From NCBI GenBank assembly GCA_030704615.1, contig CM060733.1, positions 4,526,001 through 4,590,000 of the forward strand: a stretch of 64,000 nucleotides of DNA. The letters are read 5' to 3'. This DNA comes from Takakia lepidozioides. Its lineage: Eukaryota; Plantae; Bryophyta. Below the pieces are notes generated by a model. The model had not been told where the DNA came from, ran no database searches, and saw only the letters and a program-made list of their open reading frames with translations. Position 1 is the stretch's first letter, and each line of letters opens with the position of its first letter. The position numbers and the translations under genes were made by a program. This document shows, in pieces, positions 1 to 13,256 of this stretch.

Positions 1-3000
1 AATTTATAGTCAAAGAAGAGATTTGGGAACTAGGCAGAGCCCAATTCTGCTCCCTCCAGCTCCCGAATGACTCTGAACCCTTAGGCCTCATTAACACCTA
101 CGCTCCAAACGATTCTCTAGATAGAGCAGCCTTCTGGGACAACATAGGGTCCCTTCTGTCGCAACAACATAACATTGGTAAATGGATTCTAGCTGGAGAC
201 TTTAACATGGTGGAAAACGAATGTGACAGATTAGGCAGAGGCTCTCATAACCTCAACCCTGCTGAATTCCGGGCCTGGCAGCGCTTAACTCAAACCCACA
301 GTCTGCTGAAGTGGACAGGCCTCCACATAATCCAGCTTCTTCAAGCCCCTTCTTTACCTGGACGAACAATAGAGGAGTTAATGACCTTTGCATGGCTAGA
401 CTAGACAGATTCTACACCTCCATCTCCCTTGCGCCAGGAACCTCCACCTCCCTTGCGCAGATTCACTTTGGTTTTGATCACGCCTTAGTTACTGCCACCC
501 TAACACTACCCAACTCACACCCCAGAGGCAGAGGGATCTTCAAACTCAACGCTTCCCACCTTAAGATAGCCTCCTTCACTGAAGGCCTCAAGAATGCCTG
601 GCTATCTGAATGCTAGGCATTCTTGAGGCAACCATTCTCCATGCCCGATTCTAAGGTTCCAAGCCAAGCTTGCTGTCGTGTGCAAAAATAGTCAAATCTT
701 GAGTAAAAAAAATCGCAGAGGCTCGCAAAAAGAAGGAACTAGCCCTGAAAAAATGCCTTGGAATTTGTCAGAAGAAAAGAGAGGCTCGTACCTGTGATGC
801 CCATACCTTTCAAACGCACCTTGAAGCTCGTCTCAATCTTGACAACTTCCAACTTCTCCAGGAAAACAGAATGAGGATGCAAGCTGGAATTAACTGGTCT
901 ACCAAGGGTGAAAAAATGTACAAATACTTTTTCCAAAAAGTAAAGCAGCGAAGGGCCAACCAAACCATTTCCCAGCTTCACATTGATCCCCAAGGTACTT
1001 TGTCTTCCAACCCTAGACTTATGTGTGCGTCCGCGTGTACTCACTTCACTACACTGTTTCAGGCTGACCCAAAGGACGCTTCAAACAGACTTCAAGACTG
1101 TCTTACTTCTATTCCTCTTAAGCTTAAGCCAGAGGACTCTACCACGCTACAAGAAGATCTCTCCCTGCAAGAGTTCGAAGAAGCTCTTAAGGCCATGAAC
1201 AACAACAAGGCGCATGGGCTTGACGGCATGCCAGTAGAATTCTACAAGTCCCTTTGGACTACCATCTCCAAAGATTTCTGTGATATGGCAAACGCCATCA
1301 AGGCCCAAGGATTCATGCCAAAATCCATGAACCAGGGGGTAATCGCTTTGCTTTACAAGAAAAGAGATAGGGCATGTCTAGGCAACTACAGGCCCATTAC
1401 CTTACTCAATGTAGCCTACAAGATCATTGCTAAAGCCCTGGCTCTTCGTATCCAGCCTCTTCTCCCTTCTATGATAAGGCCGGGGCAAGCTGGCTACATC
1501 AAAGGAAGGTACATCCTAGATAATGTTCTACTGGCTCAGGAAGCTAACATCTACGCTGCCAACACGGGTCAAGCTTTGGCCCTTTGGCTCTTAGACTTCG
1601 AAAAGGCCTTTGACAGGGTAGATTGGTCTTTCTTGCTAGCAGTCCTCAAAAAGACAGGCCTTCCACCTTTCTTTTGTCAATGGGTTCAGATCCTATTACA
1701 GGGGGCTAGTAGCAGAGTCATAGTCAACAAACACCTTACCAAACCCTTTCCACTTCAAAGGTCTATAAAGGCAAGGCTGCCCGTTGGCTCCCTTCCTCTC
1801 TTTGTGGCAGATGCTCTAGGATACATGTTAGACGACAACCCTCTGGTGAAAGGCCTCAATCTAGTAAACTCCAAAACCAACCTTGCAAGACACGTAAAGG
1901 ACTCCATGTTCGTCGATGACACCTTTCTCTTACTGCAAGCAGATCACTCCTCCCTTGCAGCAGCAGAAAACACCCTATCTTGATTTTGCAGCATTTCTGG
2001 GTTTAAAGTCAATTGGTCCAAAACCAAAGCTCTACTTCTAGGGGACACCTCCAAGTCCACAATTGGAACTGCCCCCACTTGGGGAGATCACTTGGGCCTA
2101 CTCTGGCTCAAACAGGGAGAGCCTACCAAGCTGCTTGGCCACACATTTGGTATCAACCTCACTAAAGATCAACGCATAGGTCCTACAGTTCAAAAACTCA
2201 AACGCCATTTAACCTATTGGGGTTCTTGCCACCTCTCCATCACTAGTAGGGCTCTAGTTGCCAACCAGATCCTCTTGGCGAGAGTCTGGTACGTTGCCTC
2301 CACATGGGGACTAGAGTCAAAAATTATTGAGGTCAAAAGGTTAACCCGGAATTTCATTTGGGGTGCCAACTCCTTGGCGGAAGGCAAAAGACCTCAAGTC
2401 TCTTGGGCCCAAATATGCCTCCCCAAAACGATGGGTGGACTAGGTGTGCTTGATCCAGAAAAACAAATCATGGCACTACTAGGAAAATGGATCCCAAGAT
2501 ACCTAGGACCAAAAGGTGGATGGTGGACACTTACGGTATCAGAGACCATCTTTTCATCCTCCCCTCTTAAAAGCGTCATCTGGCCTGCATCCAACCGCTG
2601 GATTGTTCAAGGCTTCAATCATAAGTCCACTGGCTCTCCTCTCTGGTCTGGAAATCTTGGAACAACCTAAGATGTTTTTTGTTAAAACTGGAGCCTACCA
2701 CATTCTCTGAAACATTGAGGCAACAACTGTTCCTAAATACCCCAGCCCCTTCAATAGAGGATCGAGGTTTGGCAAAGAGATGGGCAGCTTGGGAATCCAG
2801 AGGGTATTCTTCTGTCAATCATCTCTGGGAGAGCACCCCTCAATCCCTTCAACAAGCTCTGGGCTGAGCTACGAGACTCCGCTCTGGAATTCAACTCATT
2901 ATCCAATCAATACCGGACTCATGGAAGCTGCTGCTCAAAGATGGCCCTGAACAACTTAGACCTCACCAGTGTGTGCTAGCAAACCCCCCTTCCCTAGAGG

Positions 3001-4008
3001 TTCTCTACATTGCTGAGGTCTCACAGGCACTCATAAAGAGGGTTTTGTTTCCAGGAGGATGACCTCTCAGGTCGTCTCTCCTTTATGGGTAGGGACACTG
3101 TCATTCTCCCAGCTATCAATGTCTCCCATGCTCGAATCTGTCATTGGTCCACACCCAAAAAAACATTCAACCCGGTTGCTCCCAGAGGAACTCCCATCCT
3201 TTCTTGGTTACAAAAAGAAACCTTTGTCCTATTCGGGAACTTGGGCATCAATTTGTTGCAAACTGGACCCTGTTGAATGGACTTGGTCTTTCCAGGATGA
3301 ACAATAGCCTTTCTTTGCCTACTCGGCCAAAAGAGGCTACAGAGCTCTGCTGAGTGCCAAGCCCCTATTCACGAAGTGGAATGACAAATGGAGTCATGAA
3401 GGTTTCAGGGAAGAGGACTGGAAAGGGATTTGGGCTCAGGTATGGGAAAAAATGAAATCAGCCAAGATTAGTGCCTTTCTTTGGCAAGTGGCAAACAGAG
3501 TTCTCAAGGTACTTGAATTTTGATGAGGCACTACTCTGTCAATGCTGTTCCACTCAAACCATTGAATCACTGGAGCATTTTCTAATCCATTGCCAAGCAC
3601 CCCGCACCATCTGGCCTTTGGTTCAGACCTTCTTGGGATGTCATGCCTTCCACTTTGGTCAACATTCTCCTTAACTATAATCAACAAGGAAAATCCAGGG
3701 CTTCTGACTATCCAGTCTTTGAAACGCTTAGAGGAGTAGTGCTCTGGAATCTGTGGAAGAGTCGTTGTGCTTGGACCCTCAATAGTGAGAACAGTAATGC
3801 TACGGCAATCCTTACTATGGTGTTTTTTTATCTTATAATTGTTGCTAAGAAAGCTTGGGCCCAACTGTGTGCAGCAATTGCCAGGAAACCCGAGCGCAAG
3901 TTCACCCTACTCCAGACTTTCAGAGCCACTTGGGCCAACAACGGGATCATTTGTCGCTGCAATCACGATCTCACCTGTTCATGGGCAAACAGTATCCCCT
4001 CCTGCTAG
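1..4008 (+). pseudogene. LINE ORF2 (endonuclease-RT-zinc knuckle), split by stops and frameshifts
   Basis: Fragments 311-616, 871-1983, 2092-2670, 3471-3674 and 3643-4008 are collinear pieces of one ORF2. Confidence 0.88.
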
Positions 4009-4578
4009 CAGGGGTACAGAAATCACTTATTCGGCTTCCCCGGAATTTGAGCGCTCTGAAGTCAATTGGAGGCATGTCAGATCGTCCTCATCTGCTCGTC
4101 TTCACTTCCACAGATAAACAACTTGCTCGAAAATCCCTTCTGTCTCCTTGATCCGTTCCTGTCTACTCCACTTCATCGCTCCCCTCCCTCCCTCCCTCTC
4201 TCACTATTGCTCCGTTTAGTCCGACTTCCAGCCTCAGATCCAACAATGGCGTCCAACTGGGTACAATCGCCAACAAGTCTTCATCTCTCCGATGGCAATT
4301 TAGCCAATATTTCTCCAAAGCATGGACTTATCCTTGCTTGAGATCTGCATTGTCTCTCTAGCACCTAGGAGTATCCGCTAGGGCAATTTAGTCCTAGCTA
4401 TGGTGCCACGGTTTCATAGTGTCTTGTTTCTCACTTATTGATCGAGGGTCATCCTACACGGCTTGCCATGTGAACATGCCTTATGGCAACCTACGGGCAT
4501 TCAAGGGTTTTAATTTTTTTCCCTTCAAATAACCTTCAATAAAATTCATCCAGGGCATTCCTATTCTCCAAAAAAAAA
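1..4578 (+). mobile_element. L1-clade LINE (non-LTR retrotransposon), 5' part outside the window; ORF2 decayed
   Basis: APE endonuclease motifs WILAGDFN (~183-206), RLDRFY and DHALV; RT motifs GNYRPITLLN, LDFEKAFDRV, MFVDD; C-terminal zinc knuckle CQCC..ESLEHFLIHC; AATAAA at 4538 and A9 tail at 4570-4578. Confidence 0.92.
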
Positions 4579-4767
4579 TCGACTCCCATTAGATCTCTAT
4601 GGATCGGTTGAGCACTAGCTCTGATACCATGTAGAATTTATGGAGAGAGAGAGTGACTTGTAATTGATAATAAAGAAGATCTTACAATAGTGAGCGTGTG
4701 CTCACTTTAAGACATATGAACAGTTGTGACTATTGATACAACCAATAGGTCTAAATCACACGGATCA
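4579..4767 (-). mobile_element. Remnant of an LTR retrotransposon 5' end: LTR 3' terminus plus tRNA-iMet PBS
   Basis: GCTCTGATACCA at 4618-4629 (TGGTATCAGAGC on - strand) directly abuts TG at 4630 (..CA on - strand). Confidence 0.6.
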
Positions 4768-5231
4768 CAACTCTGCCGCATCCAAGTGCTCTACCCAGTC
4801 CGATTGGTTTGCTGACACATAATTCCGCAAGATCTGCTTCACCACGGAGTTCACTATTTCCGTTTGGCCGTCCGTTGTAGGTCGAAAGGCCGTGCTCATC
4901 TTGAGCCTCGTCCCCATTTTCTTCCAAAGTGCCCTCCAAAATTTACTTGTAAACTTTGGATCGCGGTCCTAGACAATATCCTTCGGGAGTCCATGATGTT
5001 TGAAGACGTGGGCAAAGTAAAGTCGCTCCGTCTCCTGCGTCGTTGCCGTCTCTTTGGTGGGGATGAAATGGCCCATTTTACTGAACCTATATCCACCACC
5101 ACCATGAGTGCATCGAATCCGTTTGACAGCGGCAAAGCAGTCATGAAATCCATTGAGACACTTTCCCAAGAGCCCTCTGGAATCGGCAAGGGTTGTAACA
5201 ACCCCGCTTGCTTTTTGTACTCGCTCCGGTT
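4768..5231 (-). pseudogene. Chromovirus integrase fragment (older host copy of the family at 5287-11842)
   Basis: [18 protein letters not shown] motif; near-copy of ~7213-7673. Confidence 0.85.
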
Positions 5232-6559
5232 GGACTACCTCTGCACTGGAGACACAGCAGCCACTGTGACTGCCAAGGAATGGTGGACCCTTGACTCCCG
5301 GTGAAGAGTCGCGGTGAGTCTTGGCCCACCCACCACGGCCCATTGGACCGTGATGAGTCCCAAGACTCCCCACGACTCCCACCACAAGGTCTCCGCCCCA
5401 TGGTGAGTCCTATGCCACCCCCACTAAGTCCCACCAAGCTACCACCACCCCTCGTGGAACCACCCCCACTGCAACCCGGTGTGCGGGGCTCCACCTAGTG
5501 AGTGCCTCCGCCTCTTTGAGTGCCTTGGGCACTCAAGGGTGCTTCAGCCCCTGTATCTATTGTTGCCATTGCCCCCACCACAGGGGCAGCCTCTCTTGTG
5601 TCCTGACCCCCTGCCCTCAAGGCAAAGGGCCGCGACACACATGACCCCTACCAACAGGGAGTCGATGTCCTCATCGACTTGTCCATTTTGTAGAAACAAA
5701 CATACAAGTTGTGGCGTCCCACATCGAGGAGTTTGTTTCCGTACCATGGCGTCCCATGGCAAAGAACCAAACCCCCATTTGACTCTACTCTCCACTAGCT
5801 AGTTCGGCCGACTTCCTCCAAGTCACGGCCAAGGGTGGAGCCTCTCAAGCTCCTCCCAGTGCACTCTTCTTGGCCCACTTCAAGGCCAATGAACAATCCT
5901 CCCCGAGGATCGAATCGCCTTACTGCAACAACATTGTTTGCGACCGTTCATGATGCCGCTTTTGGCATCACCTTGAGCAAGGGTTCACCTTGAACCATTT
6001 TTGACTAGGAAGATAACCTTGAACCAACCGCGCGCCCCAATCACTACAATTGGGTCCGCCTTGGAATGCTGGCCTGAGGTACGCCGAAGCCGCACTACGA
6101 CTTCGTCCCGAGGTTACACGATTATAGTACGTGAACGGAAGCACGTAGCTTCCGCGTTGATCCGCACTACAAGACAACCCCCTCGGTAGCGCAGTTATAA
6201 TACGCGCACGCGCTATGTGCGCACTAGCACATGAACTCCCAAAGAAGGCGCAAGTTTCCTTGCCCCTTGGATGGGAGTCATCCGATTTTGGCACTACGCA
6301 AACACACGATTAATCCAATTTACCTCTCCCACTTTTGTAAGCTAGGATGCATTCTACACACTAGCCAACCATACCATGCATCACCATTCCAAACAAAATA
6401 GGACGCACAACATTTGGAAACCATTTCATTTATAACAAAATTTGTACAATTCAAGTTTTTGCAATTGGATTCTTGAGCTAGCTAAGCCGAGCTAAGCATG
6501 CATTTCCTCTCCCACGATCCAAGGTTGATGTCCCCATCAAAGCTTTTTCCGCTTTTAAG

Positions 6560-9500
6560 GTCGCCCTTCGAAAGCTGCAACCGCCTCGGATGCGTTTATG
6601 AGGCACGCACCCAAGTTGCCTCAACTTGATGAGAGCCCTTCCATTTCACGAGATACTCCGTTTCTCGATTCTTGAACCTCCTCGACCTAAGCACTGCCTC
6701 CACCTCGTACTCAGGTTCATTTTCATGATCCAACAGCATAGGTGGCGGATGCAACACTTGATGCCGATTCGGATGCGCTTCATCTTTGAAGTAAGGCTTC
6801 AAAAGGGAGACGTGGAATACCGGATGCACATTGCTGTTTTTCGGCAGCTCCAATTCATACACATCCTCGTTTATAACCTTTCGGATGCAAAAGGGGCCCG
6901 CATACGGAGGTACGAACTTCGGACTCACTTCCGGAGGTAGTCAAAAATTCTTGATGTTCAACCAGACCTCCGTGCCTGCCTCAAACTTAACTTCCCTCCG
7001 CTTCCGATTCGCTTGCCGTTCATACCGTTTCCTAGCTTTGGCAATGTTGTACTTTGCAAGCTTCAACAAATGCTCGCGTTCTTCCAGCACCGCTGCTGCT
7101 GCCGGTTCCTCAACGTCCTGGGCGGCCCAACTTGTCGGCACCAAAGGTGCTTTTCCATAGACAATACAAAAGGGGAAACTCCCGTTGCGGAGTGTTTGGT
7201 GTTATTATAACAAAACTCTGCCGCATCCAAGTGTTCCACCCAGTCTGATTTGTCTGCCGACACGTAATTCCGTAAGATTTGCTTCACCACGGAATTCATT
7301 CTTTCCGTTTGGCCGTCCGTCGTAGGTCGGAAGGTGGTGCTCCTCTTGAGCCTCGTCCCCATTTTATTCCAAAGTGCTCTCCAAAATTTACTCGTAAACT
7401 TTGGATTGCGGTCGGAGACAATATCCTTCGGGAGTCCATGATGCTTGAAGATGTGGGCGAAGTAAAGCCGCCCCGTCTCCTGCGCCGTTGTCGTCTCCTT
7501 GGTAGGAATGAAATGGCTCATTTTACTGAACTTATCCACCACCACCATGATTGCATCGAATCATTTTGACAGCGGCATAGCAGTCATGAAATCCATCGAA
7601 ACACTTTCCCAAGACCCCTCTGGAATCGGCAAGGATTGTAACAACCCCGCTTGTTTTTTGTACTCGCTCCGGTTTTGTTGGCATGTGGTGCATGTCTTGA
7701 CATACTCCTCGGCCTCCTCCCTCAGTTTGGGCCAGAAATACTCTTTCTTCAAGAGTGTCGCGGTGCGCTTGGCTCTGTCGTGGCCCGCAAGCGGGCCATC
7801 GTGGCATTCTCTCAGGAGACTATATCTGATCCCTCCTTTCGCACGTAGAGGCGCTTTTGCTTGTACCGGAGCACTCCATTGTGCAAGTGGAACTGCGATT
7901 TCACCCCCATCCTCAAGTCCCGCATCACGGACTTCGCCATCTCATCCTTCCAGTAAGCCTTCCGGATCTTCCTTTGGAGCGTCGTCTTGCCCCTGTACAC
8001 CAACATGAGCTGCTGCCTTCTACTTAAAGCATCGGCCACCACATTGTCCCGTCCTGGTTTGTACTGGATATCCACGTCAAACACCGCCAAAGTGTCCTGC
8101 CACCTAAGTTGTTTTGGGGACAACTTAGGCTGTGTAGCAAAATACTTCACCGTGACATTGTCCGTGAACACCTTCACCGGGTTGGAACGAACATAGTGGC
8201 GCCAAAGCTCAAGGCAAAGCACCACCGCCTTCATTTCTTTCTCGTGCGAAGGCCACTGTCGGTCCACTTCATTCAGTTTCTTATTTTTGTAAGCCACTGG
8301 ACGTCCATCCTGCATGAGCACACCCCCAATTGCGAAGTCCGATGCATCTGTATGAATCTCAAATGGACGGTCGAACTCCGGGATTTTTAGGACTGGAGCT
8401 TCCGCCATCCGCTGCTTGAACTCGGCAAAAACTTGGCCACAAAAGGTGTTCCATACCCACACCTTGGACTTACACAGTAGATCTGACAGCGGCCCCGCGA
8501 TCTTGGCGAAATTTCTCACATACTTTCGGTAATAGGAGACGAGTCCTAGGAAAGATCGCACTCCGGGGACCGAAGTTGGAGGCTCCCAGTCCAAGATCAC
8601 CCTCACCTTTCTGTCATCCATTTTGATCCCGTCCTATGTAATCACATGTCCTAGAAACTCCATTTTTGTGACCCCGAATTCGCACTTTGAAGCTTTGGCA
8701 TACAGCTTCCCTTCCTGCAATTTTTGGAATACCCTTTTGAGGTGCTCCAAGTGCTCTTCTTTTGTTTTCGAGTACACCAAGATATCGTCGATATACACGA
8801 TCACAAAGTCATCCAACCACTCCTAGAAAAGGCTGTTCATTAATGTGCTAAAGGTCGCGGGTGCATTGGTGAGCCCAAAAGGCATCACCAAGAACTCATA
8901 TGAAACATATCTTGTCTTGCACGCGGTCTTCTCCTTATCTCCTTCTGCCACTCGGATTTGATGGTAGCCGGAGCGCAAATCGATCCCGCTGAAATACTTC
9001 GCTCCTGCCAACCGATCAAAGAGGTCGTCGATCCTTGGCAAAGGGTACCGGTTTTTGATAATCACCTTATTCAGAGCCCTGTAATCGACACACATCCGCA
9101 ATGTCCTATCCTTTTTGTCTGCAAATAGCACCGAGGCTCCGTAGGGTGACTTACTCGGCCGGATGTACCCCTTTGACATTAGATCCTTGAGCTGAACCTT
9201 CAGCTCGACCAACTCTCTGTGGCTCAACCGGTAGGATGCCTTGGTAGGCGGCTCCGATCCCGGTATCACCTCAATCTTGTGGTCAACTCCTCTTCGCGGT
9301 GGCAAGCCGCTTGGTAAATCCTCCAGCATCGCATCCTGGTATTTCTCCAAGATCCCCTTGATCCAATCTGGGCTCGGCTCCCTATCGTCTTCTTCCTCCA
9401 TTTGTCTTACGTAAAGCAAAAATTGGGGCTTGTGTGGCTCCTCCACGGCCCACTCCTTTGCTGATAGCAGGTAGATTCGCCCTCCCACTGGGTTGGGCGT

Positions 9501-11010
9501 TTCTGACACTCGTAAAACTTTGCCACCATTCCTACACGGTAGCGTGACTATTCTCTTGCGGCCATCTATGACCGCTCCGGATTTGCTCAAAAAGGTCATC
9601 CCCAAATGAGATCCACTCCATCGATCTCGCAAATGGTGAAGTTCTCACGTCCCTCCCAACTCCCGAGCTGAAGAGGGACATCGAACGCCACCCTCGTCGC
9701 CAATTGTGGTTCTCATTTGGCAGAACGCACCTCAATAGAGGCCCCCACATCACTTGTTGGGAGCCCCAGCTTCTATGCCGTTGCCAGTGTCATGAAGGAG
9801 TGTGACGCTCCTGTGTCCATCAACAACGACACGTTAGTTCCGGAAATTATCCCACTCATGAACATTAACTGACTCCCTTTACGCAAGGCGCCAGTTTCCT
9901 GATACAACTCACAAGAGTAGTTGTCTACCTTGCAAGTCTTGGTGACCACCGCCTCCCCCAAGCGGCTAATGGAATCTTTGGACAGCTCCGCGGTCGCTCA
10001 AGTCATGTTCAATTGTTGGGGTTTCGCGCACTTCTTGGCCATGTGCCCGGGCTCCCCGCAATTAAAGCACACTCCATCGAAGGTCACCTTCTGTCCGCCA
10101 TAAGCCGCCGCACCTGATTTTCCTTTCGGAGCACCGGGTGCCGCCTTGACGTGTGAAGGCCCTCCCTTCGATTTCTATGTGCCATTGTCGCCGCGTGGCC
10201 TATCCCACTTCTTTTCCGGTCGGAAGGAGTCACCCTCCCGTCGGGTCTTCTTGTGGTTCAGCTCCGTACGGCCTTGTCTTTCGCCCCTAGGGACATCCGA
10301 GAAACATTCAGCCATTTCAATTGCCTCATTCAAAGTCTTAATTAGGTGGCTTCTCCTCCAACTTTTGCCTGGCCCATGGGGCCAGTCCCGCCACAAAGTT
10401 GAAGACCATTTCTGGTTCCGCCATATCCGCGACTTTGAGCAATAACACATTGAAAGCCTGAACGTATCCCCGAATGTCATCCGTTTGCTTCAAATTCCTC
10501 ATCTTGTCCCGGGCGACCCAGGACACGTGGAGGGGCACAAACTGTCTTTTCATAAGTTCCTTGAACCCACTCCAGCTCAAGGTTTCTGGGTTTGGACCTT
10601 GGTCATGAAGGCGTTTTTGCCACCATTGTTGAGCATAGCCCCTCAAATAGGTGGGAGCCACTTCCACCCGATCCTCGCCACTCAACTTGGCCGCCCAGAA
10701 GTACTGCTCTAGCTCCAAGAGCCAGGTATTGAGTGCCTTCTGATTTCAGACGCCCTCGAAGGTGCCGGGTTCCTTAGGCTTCACCTTAAACTTTGCCTTA
10801 GTGGAAGTAACATTAGCTGCCTTCAACACATCTTTCAAAGTCCCGCCAAACTATGCCAACAACTCCCCCCAAAAGGCTGCTGGCATGGGAGATATCTTGG
10901 TCTGGCGGAGCCTCCGGAAAGTCCTCGGGCTCCGACTCCCCAGATTCCTCCCATTCTTGAGCGGCCTCGCTTTCAAAAGTATGAATCGCCTCCTCAAATT
11001 GCCACTTCGG
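6560..11010 (-). pseudogene. gag-pol polyprotein with C-terminal chromodomain
   Basis: gag (WLLELEQYF, 10338-10718) and CCHC knuckle ~10030-10070; protease LLMDTGASHSF; [13 protein letters not shown] and [10 protein letters not shown]; RNase H HTDASDFAIG; integrase SMDF/SDRNPKF/TDGQTER; GPF motif and chromodomain EYEVEAVLRSR..YLVKWKG. Confidence 0.92.
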
Positions 11011-11146
11011 TGACACGTCGCCCCCATCGGGCTCACCAGGATCATCATCTTTCGGGCCGTTCCGCTTTTGCTTTTGCTTGCCCGACCCCATGATGAGGCC
11101 GATCTCAAGGACGATCGTGTACTGAACTCTAGGGTCTAATACCAAG

Positions 11147-11842
11147 TATCATGCACCTCACTTCAGTAATCTCCCCTTCAAGTCATAGTTACTCGCTTTG
11201 ATGCGCGTCTAACTCCCAAACTGGTCGCCGGGCCAACTTGGAGCTTCGGCTGCTCACCGGGACATAACGGTCCCCCTTTGCTCTTCCACAAGACATTCTC
11301 TCAATTTGGGCCTAGTAGGAATTCCCTTTGGTCGTTGGCAGTCCGGAACAGCTCCCCACACCGTGGTCGCTTTCCGGCTCGCACGCTTACTCACTAGTTT
11401 TTGGTCACCAACGGGCTTGCACCGTTCTCGGGGTTACTACTCCCTATATATACTTCTGTGACTGTCCACGGGGGTTTCACAAACAACACCATCCTTTTAT
11501 GGCGAACCACCACGAAGACCCTTGACTCCCGGTGATGAGTCGCGGTAAGTCTTGGCCCACCCATCACGGCCCCATTGGACCGTGATGAGTCCCAAGACTC
11601 CCCATGACTCCCACCACAAGGTCTCCGCCCCATGGTGAGTCATATGCCACCCCCACTAAGTCCCACTAAGCTACCACCACCCCTCGTGGAACCACCTCCA
11701 CCGCAACCCGGCTCCGCCTCCTTGAGTGCCTTGGGCACTCAAGGGTGCTTCAGCCCCCGTATCTATTGTTGCCACTGCCCCCACCACAAGGCAACCTCTC
11801 TTGTGTCCCAACCCCCTGCCATCAAGGCAAAGGGCCGCGACA
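11147..11842 (-). repeat. 5' LTR of chromovirus
   Basis: Direct repeat with 5287-5637; flanked by the PBS. Confidence 0.8.
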
Positions 11843-12411
11843 GTCTGACAGTGGCCTTGCAATCTTGGCGAAATTTCTCACATACTTTCGGTAATAAGAG
11901 GCGAGTTTTATGAAGGATCGCACTCCCAGGACCGAAGTCGGAGGTTCCCAATCGAAGATCGCCCTCACTTTTCTGTCATCCATTTTGATCCCATCTTGTG
12001 TAATCACATGCCCTAGGAACTCCACTTTTGTGACCCCGAATTCGCACTTTGAAGCTTTGGCATACAGCTTCCCTTCCTGCAATTTCTGGAACGTACACCC
12101 TTTTGAGGTGCTCCAAGTGCTCTTCCTTCGTTTTCGAGTACACCAAGATGTCGTCGATGTATACGATTGCAAAATCATCCAACCACTCCTGAAAGAGGCA
12201 GTTCATCAGGGTGCTAAAGGTTGTTGGCGCGTTGGTGAGCCCAAAAGGCATCACCAAAAAATCGTATGAGCCATACCTTGTTCTGCATGCCGTTTTTTCC
12301 TCATCTCCTTCCGCTATCCGGATCTGTTGATAACCCGAACGTAAATCGATCCAGCTGAAATACTTTGCTCCTGCCAACCAATCAAAGTGGTCGTCGATCC
12401 TTGACAAATGG
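11843..12411 (-). pseudogene. Chromovirus RT fragment (host copy), interrupted by the MULE
   Basis: [26 protein letters not shown]; continues at 34801-34995 after the MULE. Confidence 0.9.
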
Positions 12412-12486
12412 GAGGTTTACTATTTCATGAGCAGAAACCATGAGCCATGAGCCATGAGCCGCATGAGCCGCATGAGCGGTGAGCCG
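12412..12486 (+). repeat. MULE left terminus: short imperfect TIR with CATGAGC repeats
   Basis: CTATTTCATGAGC plus tandem (C/G)CATGAGC, inverted at 34750-34800. Confidence 0.85.
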
Positions 12487-13256
12487 AAGTCTAAGATACG
12501 CGGATTTCATGAGCGGACTCCTCCAAATTTGGAAATGCGGCAGATTAAACAAGTATTAAAATAATAGTTTTTTATTTGACCTTGCCGTTTTTGGACGTTC
12601 CAGATCATGTAATGCGGCGAAGATATGTCGTCAGTAACAAGTCCGCTCATGGTTTTATAGATCCGCTCATGGAAATAAGTGACCGTGCAACGGGAAATCC
12701 AGTATACCACTGCAAAAGGACGTCGCATACTGGCCTGTATAGAGTATTCCGCGGTTTTACATGCCTTAACATTGGAATGAAGCTGACCCTTTTGCCGCGA
12801 TTGAACCAATGGAGTCTGCACCAATACAGTCTGCAGTACTTCACAATTCTGTCTTCTTCGGGTATTCGGCGGGAAAGGTTTGCAACTGAACTGGGAAATA
12901 GGGTGCCGCATTAGGGTTCGCACGTGCGAAATTTCGGAGCGGGTTGGTGTTGGCGAAGGCCGCCTCTGGGGGTACCTACGACGATACTTGGAAATTCGGC
13001 GCCGCATTTCCTTGTCGGAGGTCGAATGAGGAGAGCAAGTTTTCGGAAAGCAGAAAAACATGAACCCTCCAACATACAAAAATACATGCACGTGGAAACA
13101 AGTGAACGATATAGTAATATCTTAGTTCGATCAAAACAGGTTACTGGTAGGCAAGACATATGTCGGACCTTTGTGTGGCCAGAGTCTGAGGTACTGGCAG
13201 CAGTACAGTTCTACTATCCGATGGGCGTACCATTGTATGTGGACCGCAAGCCAAGC

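Larger units (their letters stand above)
5287..11842 (-). mobile_element. Ty3/gypsy chromovirus LTR retrotransposon, degenerate; 3' LTR truncated
   Basis: 5' LTR 11147-11842 (begins TGTCGCGG on -), Met-like PBS TGGTATTAGACC at ~11133-11144, partial 3' LTR 5287-5637 matching ~11518-11842, gene order gag-PR-RT-RH-INT-chromodomain. Confidence 0.92.
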
